64,000 bases of DNA. Source: Candidatus Latescibacterota bacterium. Lineage in GTDB: Bacteria > Latescibacterota > UBA2968 > GCA-2709665. The translations under genes were made by a program, and so were the position numbers. The notes beneath the pieces are model-generated. The model did no database searches and was not told the origin of the DNA. It saw only the letters and a program-made list of their open reading frames with translations. Location: NCBI GenBank assembly GCA_965203805.1, contig OZ241917.1, forward strand, positions 4,992,001 through 5,056,000. Reading direction: 5' to 3'. Below, piece after piece: positions 29,014-36,711 of the stretch (positions are counted from its first letter, which is position 1; each line of letters opens with the position of its first letter).

Positions 29014-29553
29014 ATGGTCCTGATTGCGATCGGTGGATTTCCGGGCGCCGGAAAGACGACGATTTGCCGCAGACTCTCAAATGAATTCAATCTGCCCTGC
29101 TTGAGTTCGGATACAATCGGTCGGGCAATAACAGAGTCCAAGGGCCTCCGGGACAGTGGCGCCGACGCATTCCGGATTGCCTACGACGTCCTCTTCCGCC
29201 TATGCGAGGAGTTCGTCCAGTCCTCGGCGACAGTGATACTCGATCTCACTCTCGGATGGGATTTCCATTGGCGGCGGCTTGACGAGATTATCGGCCGGCA
29301 TCCCCGGACACTGTTTCTTCCCGTCATCCTCCGCTGCTCATACGAGCAGTGTATGGAGCGAGTCAGGGAGCGACACAATGCAATGCCGGATGTCTACGCC
29401 GCTCCCGTCTACTTCCAGGATGAGCCGAAGGTCCGCGATATCTGGGATTATCTGGAGGCCATCGATCGCCCGGAGATCCGCTTCGTGGATGCCCGAGGCG
29501 ACGAGGACCAGGTGTATCGCGCAGTTAAACAGTGTGTTATCGACCGGATGTAG
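29014..29553 (+). CDS. AAA_33-type P-loop kinase
   Basis: GFPGAGKTT Walker A, SSD, VILD, lid R..ER. Confidence 0.8.
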   Translation: MVLIAIGGFPGAGKTTICRRLSNEFNLPCLSSDTIGRAITESKGLRDSGADAFRIAYDVLFRLCEEFVQSSATVILDLTLGWDFHWRRLDEIIGRHPRTLFLPVILRCSYEQCMERVRERHNAMPDVYAAPVYFQDEPKVRDIWDYLEAIDRPEIRFVDARGDEDQVYRAVKQCVIDRM

Positions 29554-29798
29554 AAATCTGGTGGGAAGCCTGGCATTTCATCTGACCGTGGCGAGCGACC
29601 ATCGGGGATTTACCGGGAGACATAAGCGCGGTTCTGGGACAAGCACCGAGTGCGATTGAATGGAGAGACCGAGCTTTCGCCGGATGCCCAACGGTAGGGG
29701 CAGGAATCAAACACGCCCTTGGTTCCCTATGCCCGGGGATGCAGTGTGACGTGGGTTCCTGCGTAACGAAAAAAACTGAGTTTCCGTCATTCTGCAGG

Positions 29799-29827
29799 TT
29801 GACAGTGCTGCTGCATTGGGGTATGTT
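29799..29827 (+). promoter_or_regulatory. Putative sigma70 promoter
   Basis: TTGACA-N17-TATGTT. Confidence 0.55.
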
Positions 29828-29926
29828 ACAACAGGGCACGGCAGGCGTGCGAACGCAGGCCCTTCTCGCGATATATCTCCCGGCCTTACTTGAAACCTAT
29901 CCCGTAATTGACAGAAAAGTATACGA

Positions 29927-30301
29927 ATGGATCGAAAGTCCATTTGGAGTGTCAGCAACTTCGACGCTTTTTTTGGTTTGGCGATATTCTTATTTGCAGT
30001 TGGTATGTTTCTGCGGTTTTACGGACCATACGAATGGTCATGGTCCTTCGCGCTTGTTGGAGATTTCACAACTGTCATCGCTTTCGCGATCACCACTGCA
30101 TTTTTCTTTCTGGAAGGGGGCGGCCTTGTGATGGGATTTGCATATGAGGCATTTGCCAGACGGAGGTACGAAAAAGGACGCAGGGAGGGAATAAGAGAAC
30201 GGGACGAAAAATACGCCGCGTGGATCGCGGAAGAGAAGAAAAAGGGAGAGCAGGGCTTTAAGGATGCCCCGCCTTTTCTCAAGAGCGGGAATGAGGACTG
30301 A
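29927..30301 (+). CDS. Small hypothetical membrane protein (two TM segments plus a charged tail)
   Basis: Lies between a promoter and a terminator; hydrophobic N-half, EKGRREG-type tail. Confidence 0.6.
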   Translation: MDRKSIWSVSNFDAFFGLAIFLFAVGMFLRFYGPYEWSWSFALVGDFTTVIAFAITTAFFFLEGGGLVMGFAYEAFARRRYEKGRREGIRERDEKYAAWIAEEKKKGEQGFKDAPPFLKSGNED

Positions 30302-30327
30302 AGTCCGAATCTGTCGAGAACCTGGCG

Positions 30328-30358
30328 GCCGGGGCGAACGCAGCCTCGGCTTTTTTTT
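30328..30358 (+). terminator. Rho-independent terminator
   Basis: GCCGGGGC-GAACGCA-GCCTCGGC followed by T8. Confidence 0.75.
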
Positions 30359-30379
30359 CATCTGAAAGACCGAAATCTG

Positions 30380-30723
30380 AATTCTGAGGGCAATCGAAGC
30401 CCATTCAGACTGCGGTCCCTTAAACGCCAATCGACTTCGCTCAGAATGACCTGCTGGCCGGACAGTTCCGTCGCGGGAGGCCGGGCGCCTGCCTGCCCGT
30501 GCCCTGAGCCGCTCGCTGAGCTTGTCGAAGGGTCGGCGAAGGGATAGCGAATGGTCTACGGGCTGCCTGAACGCGGGCATTTCGACATTTCGACAAGCTC
30601 AATGACCACGCATGGATATGTTCAATAAATGTCATTGAGCGGCGAAAGGGTTCCGTCAAACCTTCATTTGACCGTCATGCTGAGGAAGCCGTTGTGAGGG
30701 TGGGGCAGACATTCCTGTCTGCC
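30380..30723. repeat. Cluster of REP-like palindromes of several families
   Basis: ATTCTGAG...CTCAGAATGAC (30380-30450); CTGAGCTTGTCGAAGGG and TTCGACAAGCTCAATGACC (30499-30610); GGCAGACATTCCTGTCTGCC. Confidence 0.75.
30679..30723 (+). repeat. 45-bp direct repeat, left copy
   Basis: GCTGAGGAAGCCGTTGTGAGGGTGGGGCAGACATTCCTGTCTGCC, identical at 32323-32367. Confidence 0.9.
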
Positions 30724-30740
30724 GACGCGCAGTTAATCTG

Positions 30741-31250
30741 TCATCCAGAGGAAGCCCAATCGCCGATGACGTCTCCGCGTTGTCGATTGAGACGTTGTTT
30801 GTAGAGTTCAATACCTCGGATGGCCACACGGGCAGTGTTTCGCATTCGTTCGAGATCGTCCAGCGAAACCCATCTGATTTCGGCAATCTCGGAGTTGCCG
30901 CTGATGTGGTCTGACGATATCCAACAGGCAAATATGGTCACCGTGTCACGCTTTGCCTCCGCGTCGGTACGGTACTCGCCCAATTTCACAGAACGATACG
31001 GAGAAACGGACAATTCTTCCCGGATCTCTCGCTTGATAGCCCCGTCCGGCGTTTCCCGTCTCGGACGGTAGCCCCCACCGGGAAGATTCCAGAGCTCCGT
31101 GTTGCCGTATGTGTTTCGGATGAGCAGGACCCGACGATCATCGCCTGGACGTGTAACGATGCCCTTTACACCAAACGTCTGCGGGCGAAATATCCGCCAA
31201 TAGACTCTCGCCAGGTGTAACAGGATTCTGCGAATGCAAGAGAACTCCAT
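30741..31250 (-). CDS. NUDIX hydrolase
   Basis: Nudix box W.LPGGG....ETPDGAIKREIREELSV. Confidence 0.85.
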   Translation of the reverse strand: MEFSCIRRILLHLARVYWRIFRPQTFGVKGIVTRPGDDRRVLLIRNTYGNTELWNLPGGGYRPRRETPDGAIKREIREELSVSPYRSVKLGEYRTDAEAKRDTVTIFACWISSDHISGNSEIAEIRWVSLDDLERMRNTARVAIRGIELYKQRLNRQRGDVIGDWASSG

Positions 31251-31463
31251 TGCGATAGGTTCCCATCAATAGTTACGCCAATGGTCGTGGGGTAATCTAC
31301 ACTATATGAATTCAACAGGTTGTCAAGTCTAATCGAGGAATTCGATTGCACCGGGAGTTTGCAGGTTCGTATAACTGAAGCGAAAGGTGCGGGTGTCCAC
31401 GCGGGAGAGTTCCGACACGTATATCAATTTGTGGTAAACTCAACCGACAACTTAGGACACATC

Positions 31464-32327
31464 TTGGAGCTTTCTGACGCTGCCCTCTACGTCTCCGACC
31501 TGGACGGCACGCTATTGCGCGACGATACGACGCTGTCGCGGTTCAGCAGGGATACCATGAACGCGCTGCTGGATCAGGGTCTCCTCTTTACCGTGGCCAG
31601 CGCACGGAGTATCGCCTCCATGCATCGATTGCTGGCCGGATTGCGCCTCCGTCTGCCGGTGGTCGAATTCAACGGCGCTCTTGTTTCCGACCTGGCCGGC
31701 GGCGAGCATTATCTGATCCACGACCTGCACCGCGATATCCTGCCCGAATTGTGGCAACAGATAACCGACGCAGGGCACGTGCCCTTTGTCTCGACTTACG
31801 ACGGCGCGGCCGACCGTTGCTACTATGGCGATATCACCAACGAAGGCATGGCCTGGTACTTGCGAAACAGGCGTCTCAACCGGGATCCGCGCATGTGCTA
31901 TCTGTCCGAACTGGAACGCGGATTGGAAGATCGGGTGGTCTGCCTTACGGTTATCGGCCCGGGCGCTGAACTGTGTAACCTGGGTGAAGCCATCAACAAC
32001 CGGCATACCGGACGGGTTCAGACCCAATGTTACGAGAATCAGTCGTCACCGGGCTGGTACTGGCTGACTATTCAGGATGCCCGCGCCACCAAAGAACACG
32101 CCATACGATGCCTGAAGCGCATGACAGACCTGGAAGACCCTCGCCTGGTCGTTTTCGGTGACGAGGTAAACGACATCGGCATGTTCAAGACCGCGGATGA
32201 GGCCCTGGCCGTGGCCAATGCCATTCCCGCACTCAAGGAATGCGCCACCGGTATCATTGACTCGAATGAAGCAGACGGCGTTGCCCGCTTTATATCCGGA
32301 CGCTGGTACGGAGCACGTAAACGCTGA
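31464..32327 (+). CDS. Cof-type HAD-IIB hydrolase
   Basis: SDLDGTLL, ASAR, NGAL, TK, FGDEVNDIGMF, VANA, DGVA; probable TTG start at 31464. Confidence 0.85.
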   Translation: MELSDAALYVSDLDGTLLRDDTTLSRFSRDTMNALLDQGLLFTVASARSIASMHRLLAGLRLRLPVVEFNGALVSDLAGGEHYLIHDLHRDILPELWQQITDAGHVPFVSTYDGAADRCYYGDITNEGMAWYLRNRRLNRDPRMCYLSELERGLEDRVVCLTVIGPGAELCNLGEAINNRHTGRVQTQCYENQSSPGWYWLTIQDARATKEHAIRCLKRMTDLEDPRLVVFGDEVNDIGMFKTADEALAVANAIPALKECATGIIDSNEADGVARFISGRWYGARKR

Positions 32328-32391
32328 GGAAGCCGTTGTGAGGGTGGGGCAGACATTCCTGTCTGCCATCCTCGACTCCGCTCAGAATGAC
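32323..32391 (+). repeat. 45-bp direct repeat, right copy (32323-32367), followed by the outer arm CTCAGAATGAC
   Basis: Identical to 30679-30723; 32372-32391 matches 30431-30450 at 19/20. Confidence 0.9.
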
Positions 32392-32477
32392 ATGCTTTGC
32401 GATAGCGATCGTCGAAATGTATCCGTCACCCGTGGGTCTGGCAGGAATGTCTCTAGCGTCGCGTTCCGGCGAAACAG

Positions 32478-32509
32478 AATCCCGCCGCCCGCAGAGGGAC
32501 GACGGGATT
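32478..32509. terminator. Hairpin between convergent HAD and hicA genes
   Basis: AATCCCGCCG...CGACGGGATT imperfect stem. Confidence 0.45.
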
Positions 32510-32536
32510 TAATCAAACGTCACCGGCAATTCAGTT

Positions 32537-32790
32537 TCACTTGATGATTTTGAGTCGCTTCAGGTCTTCTTCCGACCAACCTACGCTATCCAGAATACCC
32601 TTCAGGATTTTTGGACCGAAAGTTTTTTTGGATGATAGTGAATAACCACCCGCTTGCCGTCTTTATAGAATGGCCTGGTGGCGCTTCTGCTTCGTTCCTC
32701 TTCCCACCCATCCGCCCGCATCGCGCGCATGAGTTTCTCGACCGAAATTGCCCTTATCTGGCTCCAGACACGCTTGTCGTAGACGGCCAT
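32537..32790 (-). pseudogene. hicA: HicA family toxin with a -1 frameshift at an A7 run (T7 at 32623-32629 on the + strand)
   Basis: Frame 0: ...LMRAMRADGWEEERSRSATRPFYKDGKRVVIHYHPKK. The -1 frame continues TFGPKILKGILDSVGWSEEDLKRLKIIK*; overlaps hicB. Confidence 0.75.
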
Positions 32791-33083
32791 GTCAACCCTG
32801 TCCATTCGTTGGGCCGAGAATTGGAGGGCTCGCCAATACTCGCGAAGCCCATATCAAGGTCTTCGACCTTTTCGATGATCAGGTCCGGCCCGACAGGCAG
32901 TGGCTCTCCGCGATTCTTCAGCGAATCCAGATAGGCCCTGATTCCATCTCTGGTTCGGCGGAGGGCTTCCTTTTTCGTTGGGCCGTCTATATGAAGGCCG
33001 GGCAGTGCCGGTGCGTGGACGTAGAATTGATCCTCGTCCGGCTCTACAACGACCAGGACGCGAATCTTATATCGGGCATGCAT
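32754..33083 (-). CDS. hicB: HicB family antitoxin (short, no obvious DNA-binding domain)
   Basis: VVEPDEDQFYVHAPALPGLHIDGPTKKEAL...IRAYLDSL..RGEPLP; RBS AAGGA. Confidence 0.85.
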   Translation of the reverse strand: MHARYKIRVLVVVEPDEDQFYVHAPALPGLHIDGPTKKEALRRTRDGIRAYLDSLKNRGEPLPVGPDLIIEKVEDLDMGFASIGEPSNSRPNEWTGLTWPSTTSVSGAR

Positions 33084-33234
33084 CTTTAACCGTCCTTTGG
33101 GCTGCACGACTATTCGAGTTCCAGGTTTGTGCTCGTCTGAAGGTGTGTAATCTCTCAATACGAAATCCAAATCCTTTGTTTGTCCGTGTAGCGAAGTGGG
33201 ATGCAATTCGGGCCGTATAATGACGTCGGTTACA

Positions 33235-33264
33235 AATATACCAAATGAAGGAGTGCCAAGTCAA
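33235..33264 (-). promoter_or_regulatory. Putative promoter for hicBA
   Basis: Minus strand TTGACT-N18-TATATT. Confidence 0.4.
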
Positions 33265-33432
33265 TTCCCTGTTTTCCCGCGGTCCCTGAAATGTACTTTC
33301 CGTGCAATCCCTTCGCACCAAACGTCTCCGCAGCGGGGCTTTTTCATTTGCCGGGAGGAAGATTAAGGATTATTTTTATTATGACTTATTCAGCGCATTG
33401 TCTTCAATCGTCGCGATCGGAGAGCGTTTGAT

Positions 33433-34218
33433 GTGACGACCCTTGAGGCGGTTCTTCTCGGTTTGGTGCAGGGACTGTCCGAATTCCTGCCGGTGAGCAG
33501 TTCGGGTCATCTCGTCCTGGGACGGGCCCTGCTGGGCATTCAGTCGGGGGACCTGGTGTTCGAGGTGATCGTCCACTTCGGCACGTTGCTCGCCGTTTTT
33601 ACGGTTCTCGGCGGTCGGATCCGGGCGCTGGCATTCGGCTGCATCCGGAGGGATGCCGCGTCCTTACGAATGCTGCTGCTGCTGCTGGTCGGCACGGTTC
33701 CGGCCGGCGCGACGGGTTTTTTTTTCGAGGACTATGTCGCACGTGCGTTTGGCAGCCCTGCCGCGGCGGCGGGATGCCTCGTCGCAACGGGAATCGTGTT
33801 GTGGAGCACGCGATTCGTCACGGCAAGACGAGATGAAGTCGGGTTTGGCGACGCCTTGCTGATCGGGCTCGCGCAGGCGCTGGCGATACTGCCCGGGATT
33901 TCGCGCTCCGGTCTGACAATCAGTGCGGGCATGTGGCGTGGCGTTGAAGGCAGGGAGGCGGCGACATTCTCGTTTCTGCTGTCGATTCCGGTGATCCTTG
34001 GCGCAACCGCATTGAAGGCGGGCAGCCTGGTTGCCGATCCGCCGGACTGGAACGTCGTCGGGCCGCTGGTGGTGGGTCTGGCTGCGGCAATCGCTTCCGG
34101 CGTGGTTGCGATACGGTGGTTGTTTGCCGTGCTGAGGGGCGGCCGTCTGGACCGGTTTTCGTATTATTGCTGGGCGATCGGATTCGTGGCGCTGGCGATC
34201 TTCTGGCTGCATTCGTGA
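33433..34218 (+). CDS. uppP: Undecaprenyl-diphosphate phosphatase
   Basis: GLVQGLSEFLPVSSSGHL, HFGT, PGISRSG, FSFLLSIP. Confidence 0.95.
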   Translation: MTTLEAVLLGLVQGLSEFLPVSSSGHLVLGRALLGIQSGDLVFEVIVHFGTLLAVFTVLGGRIRALAFGCIRRDAASLRMLLLLLVGTVPAGATGFFFEDYVARAFGSPAAAAGCLVATGIVLWSTRFVTARRDEVGFGDALLIGLAQALAILPGISRSGLTISAGMWRGVEGREAATFSFLLSIPVILGATALKAGSLVADPPDWNVVGPLVVGLAAAIASGVVAIRWLFAVLRGGRLDRFSYYCWAIGFVALAIFWLHS

Positions 34219-34229
34219 AGGGATTCCTT

Positions 34230-34625
34230 ATGCGCATTGCAATTTGCCTCACTGCCCTGGCCGTGATACTGGGGTGTGGAAGGAATTCAAAAGCCCTGGA
34301 TGCCGAAGAGCTTTCGAATATGCTCTCCATAACGAATCTGTCCGCGCGGCCGGTGCTCAATCAGGACGATCCGCCCCTGATTGTCGCGGTGCGTGTCGCG
34401 GCGGACGTGGTCCACGTTGGAGACGTTCCGATCGACGCGCCCTTTGTCCTGACCTGGCGCCTGGTGGATGATCAGAATGACACCGTGGGGCAGGCTTCGA
34501 TACGACTGGAGGGAAATATGGCGCCCGGCGCCGTCCGACCCGTCACGCTGACGATTGAATTCGAGGCCAGAGAGACCGTCGCCGGGCTCCGGAACGTGGC
34601 GACGTTCGATCCGGTTTCGTCGTAA
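34230..34625 (+). CDS. Hypothetical lipoprotein
   Basis: MRIAICLTALAVILGC lipobox. Confidence 0.65.
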   Translation: MRIAICLTALAVILGCGRNSKALDAEELSNMLSITNLSARPVLNQDDPPLIVAVRVAADVVHVGDVPIDAPFVLTWRLVDDQNDTVGQASIRLEGNMAPGAVRPVTLTIEFEARETVAGLRNVATFDPVSS

Positions 34626-34637
34626 CCCAGAATTGCC

Positions 34638-34666
34638 TTGATTGCCCTCCTCGAATGTGGTATTAT
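34638..34666 (+). promoter_or_regulatory. Putative sigma70 promoter
   Basis: TTGATT-N17-TATTAT with an extended TG. Confidence 0.55.
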
Positions 34667-34740
34667 CCGGTCCGAACTATTGTTCAGGGACTTCCAATCC
34701 GGCATCGCTGCCGGGCTTTTTTTCGCCCGGAAAGGAACAA

Positions 34741-35457
34741 ATGGAACTCTATATTATCCGTCATGGTCAGTCGGCCAACAATGCGATGGCGGAGGGAGGC
34801 CAGCGGGTGAGCGATCCGCCGCTGACCGACATCGGCGAGGTTCAGGCCGACCGGCTGGCCCGTTACCTTACCGTGACCGGAGACGGCGTTCAGGAAATCC
34901 GCGCCGCAGGGACGCATCAGAATTGCGCGGGTTTCGAGTTCGACCGGATATTCTCGAGCCCGATGTTGCGCGCGATACAGACAGCGGCGCCGGTCGGGCG
35001 TGCGCTGGGAATCCGGCCCGAAATCTGGATCGACATTCACGAGGAAGGCGGAGTCTGGCTGGACGAAGGCGATGGACGGGGTGGGGTGGGGTATCCGGGT
35101 CTCACGCGCAGGGAAGTCGCTGCGCGGTTCCCGGAATTTGCCCTGCCCGAAGCGATCACGGACGAAGGCTGGTGGAACCGTCCGCCGGAGATCAGGGCGG
35201 AGTGGCGCGCGCGGGCGAGGAGGGTGGCCTCGGTCCTGCACGAACGATTCGCGGGCACAGCAAACCGGATCGCGCTGGTGTGCCACGGCGGCTTCGCCAA
35301 CGACCTCCTCCACGCCGTGTTCGCGGGAATGCCGGACGGCGTCTACTTCGAGAACCCGAATACGGCGATCGGCCGGCTGGATTTCAATGGCAGGGGATGG
35401 GTTCAGGTCCGATACCTGGGACGGGTGGCTCATCTCACGCCGGAACTGACGACCTGA
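34741..35457 (+). CDS. Histidine phosphatase (phosphoglycerate mutase-like) family
   Basis: IRHGQS, SSPMLRAIQTA, VCHGG. Confidence 0.9.
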   Translation: MELYIIRHGQSANNAMAEGGQRVSDPPLTDIGEVQADRLARYLTVTGDGVQEIRAAGTHQNCAGFEFDRIFSSPMLRAIQTAAPVGRALGIRPEIWIDIHEEGGVWLDEGDGRGGVGYPGLTRREVAARFPEFALPEAITDEGWWNRPPEIRAEWRARARRVASVLHERFAGTANRIALVCHGGFANDLLHAVFAGMPDGVYFENPNTAIGRLDFNGRGWVQVRYLGRVAHLTPELTT

Positions 35458-35626
35458 AGCAGCGGTTTCGAAGACGAGGCCCGGAAGAATGGCGATGGAG
35501 CCCGGAAGGGCCGGACCGGGGTTGATTTCAAATGGACCCTGCCGTCCGTCCTGATTGACGATGGGGCTCGATCGAAATCTCGCGTTGTAATCCATCCAAC
35601 TCCCTTTTCCATCGAGGTGTCTCAGT

Positions 35627-36634
35627 ATGGCAAGACCCGAAGTGATTCTATCCGGTTTTGCGGATGAAGGCCCCGTGAGCAAGCGGGCCGAAGAGCAGCT
35701 GACGATGATGTCCGCCCTTGGGCTCTCCTATTACACGATCCGGTTTATCGATCTCGGCAACGGTGTGAAGAACGTCATGGAGCTGTCAGACGAGGAAGTG
35801 CATCGGCTCCAGGATCTCCACAACGCGTATGGCATAGGGGTATCGAGCGTGGGCTCTCCGCTGGGCAAGGTCAAGCTCGTGGATGAGGAAGACGGTACAC
35901 AGAACCGGTACGTCCCGTTCCAAACCTATCTGCAGAATGACGTGCAGCGGGCGATCGATCTGGCGCAAGCCTTCGATACCAGACTTCTCCGGGGCTTCAG
36001 CTATTACCATCCCCACGGGGAGGATCCCTGGCCGTACCTGGACCGGGCGGCGGATCAACTGGGGCAGATTGTTGAAAAATGCGCGTCGGCAGGCGTGGTC
36101 TACGGCATGGAGGTGGAGGCGGACCTGATTGGCGGTGATGGAGACACGTTGATTGCACTGTTCGAGAAGGTCAACAGTCCCTATGTGTGCATCATTCCGG
36201 ACGTGGGTAACATGGAGTCCAGCGGTCACAGCCCGTACAGCGCATACGAGCACTACGTCAAGATGAAGCCCGGAGTGGGATGGATACACATCAAGGGATT
36301 CAACAATCCGTCGGACCAGGCCATGCTGGATGCCGCCGGGGAGCGGGGATTGACCCGGTTCATCCCGGTCGACCGCGGCGATTCGGGCCACGAGCAGGTG
36401 TTGCGCGACTTCCGGACGCTGGTGCCGGAAATCCAGGAGCGCCTGTCGCCTCTGAGCGTACCGGGGGTTTTCGTGGACCTGGAGCCGCACGTCAAGGGCG
36501 GCGGCCAGTTCGGCGGCGTCAGCGGGGTGGACGGGTTCGGCGTGGCCTTCCGCAGCCTTTGCCGGCTCCTGGATTACCTGGAGTACGACTATCGTCTGAC
36601 AGGCTACGAGGATATCTCCAATCCCGCGTCGTAA
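35627..36634 (+). CDS. Sugar phosphate isomerase/epimerase (AP endonuclease 2 TIM barrel)
   Basis: SGFADE, SSVGSPLGK, DVGN, HIK, LEPH. Confidence 0.85.
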   Translation: MARPEVILSGFADEGPVSKRAEEQLTMMSALGLSYYTIRFIDLGNGVKNVMELSDEEVHRLQDLHNAYGIGVSSVGSPLGKVKLVDEEDGTQNRYVPFQTYLQNDVQRAIDLAQAFDTRLLRGFSYYHPHGEDPWPYLDRAADQLGQIVEKCASAGVVYGMEVEADLIGGDGDTLIALFEKVNSPYVCIIPDVGNMESSGHSPYSAYEHYVKMKPGVGWIHIKGFNNPSDQAMLDAAGERGLTRFIPVDRGDSGHEQVLRDFRTLVPEIQERLSPLSVPGVFVDLEPHVKGGGQFGGVSGVDGFGVAFRSLCRLLDYLEYDYRLTGYEDISNPAS

Positions 36635-36711
36635 ACTTGATCGTGGGCGAATACCACCAGGGGTGCAGTCGAAGCGCCCCTGTTCTTTTTGATTTCCAGA
36701 CCGAGGTCGCA

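Noticed and set aside
29554-29760. RAYT transposase remnant next to a GTAGGGGCAGG REP-like start
   Set aside because: Only a few scattered residues resemble RAYT and there is no HUH motif; not supportable by eye
30380-32391. CRISPR array or integron attC array
   Set aside because: Only two exact repeats 1.6 kb apart, no regular spacers, no cas or intI genes, and the cargo genes are divergent
36280-36711. N-terminal extension of the permease (likewise 28501-29013, 40081-40344, 7414-7599)
   Set aside because: Overlaps upstream genes; better starts with an RBS lie downstream
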